Source: Epithemia pelagica (lineage: Eukaryota > Protista > Bacillariophyta). Taken from it: a DNA stretch of 64,000 nucleotides. Below, piece after piece: positions 31,523 through 42,921 of the stretch (positions are counted from its first letter, which is position 1; each line of letters opens with the position of its first letter). The stretch spans positions 992,001 to 1,056,000 of the forward strand of contig OX337237.1 of the NCBI GenBank assembly GCA_946965045.2. The letters run 5' to 3'. The notes beneath the pieces were generated by a model. The model was not told where the DNA came from. It searched no databases and saw nothing but the letters and a program-made list of their open reading frames with translations. The position numbers were made by a program, and so were the translations under genes.

Positions 31523-33264
31523 ATGGGGCGCAAGCAACGGCAACGGTCATCCCCCCACAAGAAGGAGTCTCCTGCCGTATCATCCCAGCGACAAAACAGC
31601 AGCCACGGTGGCCCTCATCTCAATGAAGCTCAAGAACGATTGAGACGAGAGTATCAGAATGGTAACCATCCTTTGGATTTTCAACGCTTTGTCGATTCCA
31701 TGTGTGACCTTGGAATGAGCGACAATTCTCAAAGATTGTTTGCTGGATTGACCACCAATCATTCCCTCGACGCCCAACGATCCATGATTCGAGAATTGCT
31801 CATTGAATCCGAAACGGATGTCGAACTCAATGACAGTCAACCACTGGACGATGGGGATCAAAGCACTCCTCCAACAGAAGGCAAGGGAGCCGATATTGAA
31901 CATTGCATGATCTGGAATGCCTTTCCTCCCTTCGTTCGACATGTAGTACGAGGAGATGCCGCTCGTGTTCGAACCATTCTCAAACAACAACACGCTGTGT
32001 CGTCCTCGTTGGCCTTTCGCCAACTCCTCGAACTACGCTGTTCTTCCTTGCGTCTGTCTCCTTTGGTACTCTGTGTGGCAATTCAAAAGCATCCCCACAT
32101 TATCTTGACTCACAATCGTGATTTGCAAAGCAAGGATCAACTGGACCATGTCGGTGTGGCCGCAGCACTCTTGCGATATGGTGCTCGACCCGATGCCAAG
32201 GATGTCACGGGGAAAACCATTGTCCATTATGGAGCCGGTGGCATGGCAACGCCCGAGTCCTTTGTCATTGTGGAGTATTGCATTGCCGCCGCTCGTGTTT
32301 CGGCGTATAATGGTCAAACCGTTATTGTCGATGGCCTTCAAGCCAAACCGGAATTGAATCAATCGTCTGTGGTATTGACGGGCTTTGATGGTCCCACGGG
32401 TCGTTGTGTGGTCCAACTGGAAGAGGAGGATGGTTCCAAGAGGGAATGTCGATCAAACCATACAACTTGTTTCAGTCGGTCGGAGGACCTTGTATTGAAG
32501 ATGGAGACCGAAAATTGGTGGACGATCGAGATCGCACCGGAATGACCGCCTTGCACGAAGTGGCCATGTCCGCTCGCGATGATGTGGTGGAATTTCTGGT
32601 CAAGAACCATGGATGTTCCATGGATCTCGACGACGCCAATGGAATTTCCACGAGAGACATGGCCTTTAATCGAGATTTGCAAATGCATCCCATCAATAGT
32701 GTTCTCAAGAAACACGCCATTTCCATTGAGAAGACCAAACAAAAGGCTGAACGCAAGCAATGTGCCAACTGTCAAAAACAAGAAGATCCTACCAGCAAAC
32801 AATTGTTTTACATGTGTTCACAATGCGCCATGGTGTCCTATTGCTCTACCGAATGCCAACGAGCGGACTGGAAAAAGTACAAAAAGGTTTGCAAGGAACG
32901 GTCCGTGGGTATTAAATTGGACCGACCCAAGGCTCTTGTGGGAAGTCATATGTGGACGAGTCCAGGTGCCGGAAATAAGAGGGCCGAACCGAATTCCTAT
33001 CATGCACCGCAAGGTGTGGGAGTCGACCAAGTGTTTTGGGTAAACGTCCAATACAACAGCGACGTCACCAACATCTTGGTCTATGACAAGACCCGTACAT
33101 GTTGTTTCTACCTGGCTCCGGAATCTGCCGGCTTTTCGGAGATTGCCGCCGTTGTCAAGTCACAACAGGCCACGAAAGGAACCAAATCGTACTTTAAGGC
33201 GACTTTTGACGCTGCGGGTGACTGTTCGATATATCCAAACACATATTCATTAAAAACGTGGTAA
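31523..33264 (+). pseudogene. Ankyrin + SH3-like + MYND zinc finger protein, paralog 1 (1-bp frameshift near 32445)
   Basis: ORFs 31523-32545 and 32404-33264 join if one A is restored (agggaatgtcg vs agagaaatgtcg in paralog 2). LLRYGARPDAKD, DRTGMTALHEVA, CANC...CSQC...YCSTECQRADWK..KKVC, ends SLKTW. Confidence 0.8.
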
Positions 33265-34197
33265 ACGACAACAAAAGAAAACTATGAAACTCAGCCTCTA
33301 CGATGGACACTATACTTGGTCGCAAGAAGAAAATGGTATGGATCTGATTCCGCTCCTCGAAGGCTCTGTTGTCTGTAACAGATCCTTCCGTTGGTCCTCC
33401 TCGAACCTCTCGCATGGTAGATTTTGCATCCAAAATCCAAATGCATAAGAAGACAAGATCTATCTGAGTTCCCTTCGATGAGAGGCGACGTTCGCTGGTG
33501 ACCAGGGCAAAGATATAACAAGACGTCATCCAATGGTAATGTATTGTATGTGGCTGTACGGGTGGCGCATGGCCACATCCCATTGGAAGCAGTTAACCTC
33601 AAGTTGACTTTCCACCTAAAACCGAAGCACAAAATACAGACGAGTATACAAAACTCTCCTTCGCCTGAACGAAACACATACATGGCGGAAGTTAATAAGA
33701 TATCGCCGCCATCTATTTCGGTATCTGCCGATAAATGAGTAACTACCTATATATAGTAGAACAATGGGGTGCGTCTTCAAAACGACCGACTAACATGCGA
33801 CCGTACTACAGTTGGTAATGTACGCCCGAGCGATTGTGTCTTGGATATGCCAATCCAGAATGGTCTGTGAGAGGGGATATGGGATAGGGAGTATTGGATC
33901 CCTTTCTGCACTTTGCACCTCCGAACAGTTTTGCGCCTCCTCATCACTCATCGTCATCTCATTACACTTCCCTTACGGTGAAGAGAGTACTTTTTCATCT
34001 GCCATACATTACCTTCCTTGTTCCATCTCGGAGCAACATAAGATCACTTTACGATGGGCCGCAGACAACGACGACAGAGAAATGGGCACCAGCAAGATTC
34101 TCCAAGAATGATGAGTGCAGAGCAATGACAGTCGATCCTTCAAGAAGAGTACACGAGTGGTCGTCACCCGACTGATGTTGGTGAATTTGTTCACTCT

Positions 34198-35316
34198 ATG
34201 CAGTTGAGTGAAAAATCGCGTCAACTATTCGAAACATTGGTCAAGTTAGATACACCACAAGGTCGAGAATTCATTATTCGTCAATTGTTGGTTGAGGCAG
34301 AAACCGACGTGGAACTCAATGATCGCCAACCCATGGACGATGGTGACCAAAGCACTCCATCCACCGACGCGAAACGTCAGATATTGAATGGTTTGTTTTC
34401 CAAGCAGGGTAATGTTCAACAATACATGATATGGAACATGTTTCCTCCATTCGCTGGACATGCGGCTCGAGGCGAAACGGCCAAGGTCCGAGACATCCTC
34501 AAGCATGCGTTTGACAATGCCTACGGTGAGAAGGAACTGGAGGAAAATAGAGGAAGGATGATACCGTCACCTCTGCGCGAACTGCTCGAAACACGATGTA
34601 CATTCATGCGCTTGCCTCCTTTGCTCCTATGCATGTCTGTCTACATGGTTCTTGCCTATGATACAAGTCCCCGAAGAGGGTTTGACAAGAAGGGTAATCT
34701 GGGTGTAGCCACCGCACTGCTGAGGTATGGAGCTCGGCCCGATGCCAAGGATGTCACTGGAAAAACTATTGTTCAATATGGAGCCAGCAGTATTGCGACG
34801 CGCGAATCCTTAGTCATTGTTGATTATTGCATTGCCGCTGCTCGCGTCTCCGCTTACTATGGACAAACTGTTGTCATAAATGGTATACAAGCCAGTCCAG
34901 AATTGAATGGCAAGTCCGTCCTGTTGACAGGATTTGATGGCCCGAGTGGACGATGTGTCGTACAACTTGAGGAGTCTGATGAGCTTTCCATGAGAGAAAT
35001 GTCGATCAAGCCGAGTAATTTGTTTCACTTTGTTGGGGGCCCTTGTATTGAAGATAAGGAACGAAACTTGGTGAATGATCAAGATCGTACAGGTGCGACC
35101 CCGTTGCTTGACATAAGCACGTCGGACCGCGATGACGTGGTTGAATTTCTGGTGGAGAAGCATGGTTGTTTGTTAGATCTAGAAGCAGCGAATGGAACAT
35201 CCCCACGTAGTTTGGCACTTAGTCAAGAAGTACAAGTTTTTCCCGTGAACCGTGTTCTGAAAAAGCAATTCCGGCCAGAGGGTCAACCATCTTTCTCAAA
35301 TGTCCTATTTAAATGA
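34198..35316 (+). CDS. Ankyrin/SH3-like protein, paralog 2, lacking MYND and C-terminal domain (truncated gene or pseudogene)
   Basis: 372-aa ORF aligning to paralogs 1 and 3 up to NRVLKKQ, then diverges and stops. Confidence 0.7.
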   Translation: MQLSEKSRQLFETLVKLDTPQGREFIIRQLLVEAETDVELNDRQPMDDGDQSTPSTDAKRQILNGLFSKQGNVQQYMIWNMFPPFAGHAARGETAKVRDILKHAFDNAYGEKELEENRGRMIPSPLRELLETRCTFMRLPPLLLCMSVYMVLAYDTSPRRGFDKKGNLGVATALLRYGARPDAKDVTGKTIVQYGASSIATRESLVIVDYCIAAARVSAYYGQTVVINGIQASPELNGKSVLLTGFDGPSGRCVVQLEESDELSMREMSIKPSNLFHFVGGPCIEDKERNLVNDQDRTGATPLLDISTSDRDDVVEFLVEKHGCLLDLEAANGTSPRSLALSQEVQVFPVNRVLKKQFRPEGQPSFSNVLFK

Positions 35317-35761
35317 GCAACCTTCACCTGTTTTGCACCCAAGATACAACATGACAGAATCGACACTCAAAAAACTCAACACTCTCAACTCTCAACAAAC
35401 ACCTCTTCAACTCAAAGCCCAAACCCCGAACCCCAAACACACTGCAAACTGCAACAACTCTCTATCATGTGAATTGTGGATTGTGGATCGTTGCGTTCAA
35501 ACCAGAGACTCTAGCTCTACTCCTAGCTAGAGGAACTTAAGTACGGATAGATACTCCTATGACTTCTATCGGTAGCTTAGCGCTCTGGATGCTTGGACGA
35601 TTTGGTACTTTTCTTGCGTTCGTTCCCGTGCTACTAAAGCAGAGTGGTAGACAATGAATGTATCAATATAGCCATGTACTATGTCAAAAGAATTACGAGT
35701 CTTTGTTGCCTTCATTCTCTGTCACGATTGTGGTCCTTCGTCCCATCCCACCTATTTGTTG

Positions 35762-37601
35762 TTAATGTTCCGTCAGGGGTGTACACATGTAGTGCCATTT
35801 CATGAGCAGCTCCTTGACACGACCGACTGACTCCATGGGAGTTTCCTTTCGATGAGCCAGGAGGAGATGCAACCAATCATCGGCAATATCTTCTGTAGAT
35901 TTGGGTTTCCCCGCCACCATTTGTTCATAGGCAGCCTCGGGGACAGGGCAGGTTGTAAAGAAACAAGGGACAACGTACCGAACACCAGACGTGATCTTTT
36001 CCACCTCGTGCATGTTTTCCCAGCCGGAAGAAAAGATAACAGCTGCACCTTGCGTCGGATGGAACGGCGTGAGTTTGCGACCCTGATAGCGAAACTTTTC
36101 CATCATTTCCGTGTACGACAAGAGCTCCTCATCTTCTTCTTCTTCCTCCTCCTCCTCGTCGCCTTTTTCCGTATCGTTCGACGCCTCTTCGTCGGGGTCG
36201 TTAAAGACAAAGGCACCACCCTCAAAGTCTTTGCCCTCTGTACTCAGATAAAGGACACATGAGTAGTGGTAACCAGAATGGGTTGCCTCGTCTGTATGGA
36301 GCGTGACAAAGTCTCCCTCTCCGCCACCACCGCCCTTTTGCGTCGTTCCGGCCACATATTTGCGCGAATAGGCTTGAAGAGGCAAAATTGTAGACAGAGG
36401 CAATCCATATTCGACAGCAATCGTTCGTCGGACTCGTTCCACCAATCTTGTGAATTGCAAGATCGTCTTGGCCGTTACCGTGGCCAAGTCGTTAAAGGTC
36501 AAGGAGGCCAACTCTGGAAAGATCTCCAGGCTTGTTTCCGCTTCTGTGGCAAAGGTTGGAAAAATGTTGCGACTGTAATATACAGCATCACAAATGATTG
36601 TGGAATCAGCCGTCCACCCAAAAACAAACATCACACTGTAAGTGCACTGTCCATGTTCATGTTGACTATCACAAAACCAAGTTAGCAACACTTGGGAGCA
36701 CAATCGGTACGTACCTACAAGCTTCGCAGCAAGTTCCACCTTCACATTTTCGTCCCTCCGCCAAGGGCAAATCCTTGTGTGCCGAATCGTCAAAAATATA
36801 ATTCATGGACCTTGCTTGTCCCTTGATCCCCATCCCTTCATGATCCGGCTGCTTACAAGTGACATTGGTTCGTTGTTGTTCTCGGTTTTCCAGCAAGTGT
36901 CGCAAATCGGCGTCAAAGATATGATGCAACATGGTGGGTACGTCCGCCGACAGGGGTTCGTCGCGTTGTTCGGCCAAATCCACCGATTGAACCACCTTCC
37001 AAAAGGCTGCCTCGGTCGTGGCCTCGTCCATGCCCAAACCCGGTTGCTCCTCCATCATGGTGGAAATGGCCGTAGCGTCGAGTTTGGCCACGGCTGCCCG
37101 AAGGTCGTCTTGACTGTACTTGGCCGGATGATCAACTGTTTGGGATGCCACTACTGGTTCGTCTGACGTGTCGTCATGGTCCGTTTCCTCGTCGTCGTCG
37201 TCGTCAGTGTCGGTATTTCGGGATTGCAAATCTCCCACTAGTCGTTCCATGGTAGCTTCCAGTTCGGAGAGTTCGGAAGTACTCAGTGTACCAGGACCCT
37301 CCTTGAGACGTTTTTCCAATGTTTGCATGCAAGCTTGGATATCAATATCCTCCGAAGCGTTTGGTGTTGCTGTTGTTTCCTCGAATGTATTGTCCACGCT
37401 GGTATCATTGACATCTTTGGCGACCATGGACAAGACGACGACCGAAGGAATAGTGCGACCACCATGGTGTTGTTCTGGAACGTGTTGTCGACCTTGCCAT
37501 TGCAGTGGCAATCCCCATGGTGTTGGTGTAAAAGCCTCCACACCTACCGAGACGCAAAGGAAGAATAGAAGGAAAACGTGTTTCGATCGACTCATGGACA
37601 A
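35762..37601 (-). CDS. 2OG-Fe(II) oxygenase (prolyl-hydroxylase/OGFOD3-like), predicted plastid-targeted; 2 exons (37601-36715, 36572-35762), ~565 aa
   Basis: Signal peptide VFLLFFLCVSVGVEA|FTPT. Intron ag|GTACGT...TTACAG at 36714-36573 restores CCEACSRNIFP. LHTDE, YSCVLYLS, FEGG, NMHEV, VRY motifs. Confidence 0.85.
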
Positions 37602-38747
37602 ATGGTTCTCTGTTACTTGGCTGGTTCGATGATGAAGAAGATTCGTATTTCAGCCATCACATCACAAAGGATTTTCGTGAATTTTGTGGCGGCGTTTGGA
37701 TGGATGAGTGAGGTTATGAGCCTGCGGTAGAGGGGGGATATAGAACTCTCCAGTAGGATCCAAATTCGTGAATGAAAAGGGATTATTGAATCAAATTTTG
37801 TTCGTCTGAGTTCAGTATGAACGGGACGGGTGGGCCGTAAGGCTTGGGGTCTGGGGTGGGAATTTCCAGAAAGACCAGCTGTACCGAAAACGGACGGACA
37901 GTAGAGTAAAAAGTACAATTGAGCAAACATGGCGGTTGATGAAACGGTTAAATATATATGGCAATGATACAGCAATGATTATTTCAATGGTCAGTCATGG
38001 TATGATTTGGAGGTGCACCTCCAACCGCGTAAAATGTGAGTGGCGACTCACCCTTGACGTATCGTTACTAATAATGTAAGACTCCCAACCATCAATCTAT
38101 GACCTCTACAAGCCATTTCTCTGTCGAAGCCTGTAATTTGACGTTGAATGACGTTACGAGCTCCCGGCTCACGATCGCACCACTGCATAATAGCACCACC
38201 ATCACCATGAACAGTAAAGCCGCAGTGCACCTCCAACGAAAGGTGCTAGCACTCCTCCGACCATCAAGCATGCCTCAGAATGGAGTGTACCGTGAAGGTT
38301 GAAAAGGGCGGCGATGAGTTGGATAGTTTGATCGAGCTACAACTACATTTGCAATGTCTTCCAGTTTGATAAGTGATGAGGGAAAGTCGTGACAAGAATA
38401 TCAACAATGGAGACAGATAACGATGGAAAGATAAAGATCACAACGGAGGAACGACGGAGAAAGATTTAATTCGGGTCAAGGAATGATGGACGACCCGGAA
38501 ATTGAAACACGGCAATCAGACGGGTGGTTTTCAAGCATCAAGGAAGTATCTGTCAGAAGACGACGACACAGCTTCTGTTGTCGGCGACAATGGTGGCGGT
38601 GCTGCTGCTGCTTCGAGTGGATACCGTGGAGCTGTGGTGGCAGTCGAAGATCGCGTGGTCGTTCTTCTCCTTCCGCCATGCGACAAACGTTGAGTCACAC
38701 AGCGTCATTATTGACGAGCGGCCACAACGACCACGACTGGACGAAAA

Positions 38748-39923
38748 ATGGTCGTGCCCGAGGCTGTGTGCCCAATCTACGAATGCAACAATCACGGAAA
38801 CAAGCACGGAGGGTTGCATCCAAACAACCACCATCACCAGCGACAACAGCACACCAGCAAGAAGAAAAAGAAGAACCAACAGGACATTCCAGAGAATCGT
38901 TCCTCGAGTACTGCTAGTCGCTTTCATGTTTGGAATTATGCCGAGAAACGACCTCCAACACATGCACATCCAGAACGTGATTTAGAGGAGGACGACGACA
39001 AGCCCCATTCCGTTGACTCCAGGATTGTTTCTTCCACAGCCTCGTATTTGACCTCGTGTCCGACGGCTGCCTTTACCATTGGTTATGGTGTCGGAACCTG
39101 GCCGCATCATTTGCCGACAAGCAGCAGCCGCAGGACAAGCAGGAGCAGTACAGATCGTGGGCAGGGAGACGAAACGGATGCCGAAACAGGATCATTGTCC
39201 TGGTCCTTTTCGTCCGAGAATCCTCCTATCAGCCATAGCAGCCATGTGAGTACAAAAACGACTCTTCTTTCTCGCTCGCAAGTGGTGCGACAATTACCAC
39301 CCTGTGAATTTGTGCAGTTGCAATGTCGGTCTCGCCTGCAAGCACCGACTGGTGCGGCGACACAGGTGGCTGTCGTGCGGGCCGTGACACTGGCGTCGTC
39401 GTCGTGGGTGAGGAGTATTACTGCCATGGGTGGGAAACGACGAGGCAATCGCCATTCAAATAAGTACTACAATCACAAAACAGACACTCGTACAAACCAT
39501 GATCCTCCCTTGGGTTGGTCCTGGTTGTTTCAAACCTTTGGTGTCGAACAATTGCACGTGCAAGCCTTTGATCGAGCCTTGCCCAGCAATCTGCGCAACA
39601 TTGTGTTGGATCGCTTGCAACAAACGGGTACCACGGCCCAAAACAAAAAAGCCTTGATGCGAATCCTCCACGAGTTGCCAAAAAAACCACAAGGAAAGGA
39701 CTCCACAGACCTAGCCTGGTCCTTTCCAGAGTACTACTCGTCCCGTAATCGAAGAATGGTGGTGAACCAAACCGAGCCGAACCAGCAGCTGCAGCGTCAC
39801 CCTAAGAGGTGGTGGTGGAACAAGAACCCGCATCACAACAAGATGTGGTGGCATGGCAAAAAGGACAAGACGAGCCTCGATCATTCTCCTTCTTTTTCTT
39901 TTAGCAACAATGATCCAAAATGA
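38748..39923 (+). CDS. Hypothetical low-complexity protein; boundaries uncertain, possibly a degraded gene spanning ~38483-40332
   Basis: 391-aa ORF overlapped by adjacent ORFs in other frames; no recognisable domain. Confidence 0.3.
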   Translation: MVVPEAVCPIYECNNHGNKHGGLHPNNHHHQRQQHTSKKKKKNQQDIPENRSSSTASRFHVWNYAEKRPPTHAHPERDLEEDDDKPHSVDSRIVSSTASYLTSCPTAAFTIGYGVGTWPHHLPTSSSRRTSRSSTDRGQGDETDAETGSLSWSFSSENPPISHSSHVSTKTTLLSRSQVVRQLPPCEFVQLQCRSRLQAPTGAATQVAVVRAVTLASSSWVRSITAMGGKRRGNRHSNKYYNHKTDTRTNHDPPLGWSWLFQTFGVEQLHVQAFDRALPSNLRNIVLDRLQQTGTTAQNKKALMRILHELPKKPQGKDSTDLAWSFPEYYSSRNRRMVVNQTEPNQQLQRHPKRWWWNKNPHHNKMWWHGKKDKTSLDHSPSFSFSNNDPK

Positions 39924-40812
39924 TGAGGAGTATATGAGGTCGGTTCGTATGGTCAACGACCATCCTCAGCAGGACCTTGTGGTTGTTTCTTCATGGTTTG
40001 CCCATGGCAAAACAATCCAAAATCAATCATTGGCCGCCATCATGCTGACCATGTTCTCTCTCTCATTCCCCCATAATTTGGCGGCGATAATGCGTAGATA
40101 TCTCTTCCTCTTGTGGTTTTGGTTGGGGAACAGAAAAGTGCGGGGCAAAAACATCGCTACCATTCGCTATCGTCTAGCGACCACTGGTGGCGACTCCACT
40201 CCACTCGTATTCGGTGGAAGTGGAATCGTCATGGGGACACGAGCGAATGCAAAGTGCTTCTCGAGCTACCCTTTCCTCATCAATAGTAATCGTAGGATTT
40301 CGCCCTCGTTTGGATGTTTGCGGGATAGATAAGTTCTGGCGAGCTTAGTAGTTTGGAACCAGTCCAACCATTCATGGTTCCCTTGCTATGAACTAGAGGA
40401 ATGATGTCGCATTCAAAGCAGGGAAATTTTGCAAACATCACATAATCTCTAGTTCATGTGGGCTCATCCTCTACCACTAATACCTCTCTACCTAGTAGAG
40501 GCGAGTCCTTCATCTCCCTGTCTACGACAATGGTAGTGCCGGCATTCAAAGCGATATCATGTTGTGATTTTTGCCAATGATAGTGACTATTTGTGTTTGA
40601 AGGCATTCATGGGCAACATGGATGAGGCCGAGGACGTACCTCTTGGACATTGCTGGAATGTAAGGTATTACCCTCTTATCCATCAACAAGGAAACCTATA
40701 CTCAACTTTTTCAAAATACTTGTACGGCAGGAACATGAAGACAAACAAAAACAGGGTTACTTCTGAATTAGATTCAACATAGTAGATCCTTCGACTGTGG
40801 CTGACCTAGCAC

Positions 40813-41733
40813 TTAGGAGAGACCAAACTTCATCATGGCCATTCCAATCCCAAACACCAGTGAGAACGGATTCATGGACAGTGTCACACTCGCACCCGAC
40901 AATAAGGAGGTCTGGTTGTTGTTGGTAGACAAGGATGACTGAAACAAGTTCCCAAATTCCGTCCGTGTAAAACAAGTATCGGCTCCACTCTCCTCTTGAA
41001 TGTGTTGGGCCAATTCGGGACTGACTACCGAAGAACCACCAAAAAACAAGTTGACAAAATCCACCACATTGTCCGCCGTGATACAGAGATCATCCAGAGC
41101 GGCTTCACTGCCCTCGGCGCCAGTTGCAACACCGGTGCAGGCCACTACATCGTCGAACAAAAACTTTCCTGATTTTCCGGCCGGGAGCTGGATATGCTCC
41201 ATTTCCCAAGTATCAATGGAACCATCCTTGTTGGTATCAATAAATTCAATCGCATCTTGGACCATTGAATCCATATCCAGTCCGTCTTGACTTGCTGAAT
41301 CATCCACAAGGCCGGACAACAATGACGTGTAGAGAGACCGGAGTATATCGGTCGAGAACGTTTGGCCAGTCTCCATACGAGCAACAAGGTCTTCCAAGGT
41401 TTGATCCGCTTGTGTCAAAGAAGCGCCCTTGTTTGGCACGTGTGATTGGCCTCCTTGCTGAGACGTGAGGAGAAAGCACTTGTTGTTGTGGTTCGTTTCT
41501 TCTGGAACAGCCGTCAAGGTACGCCGAAGGTCCAATTTTCCGACCACCAATCCAACAAGCAGCAACAAAATCGCAATCCCAATAAAGACGAGAAAGAATT
41601 TGGGCCGCGGTTCTTCAGGACTTGGTTGTACGTTCGCGGCGATGTAGAAGAAATTTGTACCATCAGGGAACGGAACCGGAACAGGAACACCGCCATTCAA
41701 AAGATTGAGATTGCTGGCATCGAATTCGAACAC
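40813..41733 (-). CDS. Hypothetical EF-hand protein with hydrophobic segments; 5' end uncertain
   Basis: DTNKDGSIDTWE EF-hand loop; TM-like FFLVFIGIAILLLLVGLVV; hydrophobic C-terminus; the ORF-track start is GTG. Confidence 0.5.
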   Translation of the reverse strand: MFEFDASNLNLLNGGVPVPVPFPDGTNFFYIAANVQPSPEEPRPKFFLVFIGIAILLLLVGLVVGKLDLRRTLTAVPEETNHNNKCFLLTSQQGGQSHVPNKGASLTQADQTLEDLVARMETGQTFSTDILRSLYTSLLSGLVDDSASQDGLDMDSMVQDAIEFIDTNKDGSIDTWEMEHIQLPAGKSGKFLFDDVVACTGVATGAEGSEAALDDLCITADNVVDFVNLFFGGSSVVSPELAQHIQEESGADTCFTRTEFGNLFQSSLSTNNNQTSLLSGASVTLSMNPFSLVFGIGMAMMKFGLS

Positions 41734-41747
41734 AGACCCGACACACG

Positions 41748-42227
41748 ATGTCGGAATTCCTCGTGTGGATTGGGATGGTGTGGGTTTGGTCGATCATCGT
41801 CGTCCTTGCAATGGCGGCGTACTCGTCGACCCGATACCATTCGCAAGAAAAAGTCATCCTTATCTTGACTGTCGCACAGTCCGACGGATTTGCATTATGG
41901 CGGGGGTGCTTGTTCGTGGTTGGGTATTACCTTGCATTCCTGGGTGGTTCATTATTTGCATTGGTCTTTCCGGTCCAGTTTTGCTGCCGTTTCTTGAGTG
42001 CCGCCGTCGGATTCTTGGTCTCGACCTTGCTCTTTGCCGCAGTCTTGAACGGATTGGGACATCATCATCCCAAGTGTTTGGGTGGCGTGGATTACTTTAC
42101 CGATGCCTTTGTGTTGATGCCTTTGTTTCGAGTTGGACCACCTTTAGTACGGTACGTGCACACACACGCACAAGACACTAGGGACATTTGCCAAGAGGTG
42201 GTTGTCATGTTTGTGTTGTATCCATGA
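41748..42227 (+). CDS. Possible small multi-pass membrane protein
   Basis: 159-aa ATG ORF with 3-4 hydrophobic stretches; possible GTACGT donor at ~42151; no family recognised. Confidence 0.3.
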   Translation: MSEFLVWIGMVWVWSIIVVLAMAAYSSTRYHSQEKVILILTVAQSDGFALWRGCLFVVGYYLAFLGGSLFALVFPVQFCCRFLSAAVGFLVSTLLFAAVLNGLGHHHPKCLGGVDYFTDAFVLMPLFRVGPPLVRYVHTHAQDTRDICQEVVVMFVLYP

Positions 42228-42723
42228 TTCCATGTGTTTTCTCATACTGTCGTTGTGCACACATGTGTGCTGCTGTGGGATTGGTGGTATCTGTATAATA
42301 CCAGGTGGGATATGGGTTGATTTACAGTGGTATTAGTGCCGATGAACACGATATTCGCAAATGTACAGGCATGACCATTGCCGTGACCTTGTAGGCCTTT
42401 GTTTTTCCAAGGTCACACGAACCCAATCCGTGGCCCAAGTAGCCTTCTTTAGTACACCCATTGTCATTCGATATGGATCCATGTTCGAGGTGTTGCTTGT
42501 TTGCAAGGTTTGTTCCTCATCTTGCGTAAATGCGACAATGGCTTATAAACAAAAGTTATGGTTTGTAAAAAATATCTAGGTAGGGGTAACTAGGGCAAAA
42601 GCTACTCGTGCTATCTTTCGATTTTCGGGTCCGGTCGCACATGCGTATAATGAGTGCAATCGCAAAATCGCGTTTTGATAGAATGGCCTGCGTGAAAGCG
42701 CGATGCAATTTGGAAGGAATTTT

Positions 42724-42897
42724 TGAATAAATCCCGCCAACAGGTCGCATATTGGCGGATACATGGTCGCATATTGGCGAATATGCATCGCCTACATATG
42801 CTGCTACGCATCTAGTTTTCTAGTCATAATTTTGGTCTAGCCACTTGTTGCACGCCGTATACACCGTGTTGTAGCGTGTAGTGGCAGGATTTATACA
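42724..42897 (+). repeat. 5' LTR of third Copia
   Basis: TG...CA with 10/11 terminal inverted repeat; internal tandem ggtcgcatattggcg x2. Confidence 0.95.
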
Positions 42898-42911
42898 GTT
42901 TATCAGACCCA
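42898..42911 (+). promoter_or_regulatory. PBS-like motif GTTTATCAGACCCA
   Basis: Abuts the LTR; identical to 14677-14690. Confidence 0.65.
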
Positions 42912-42921
42912 TCATCGTAGA

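Noticed and set aside
33291-34175. ORFs between MYND paralogs 1 and 2
   Set aside because: Short, overlapping on both strands, with no domain signal.
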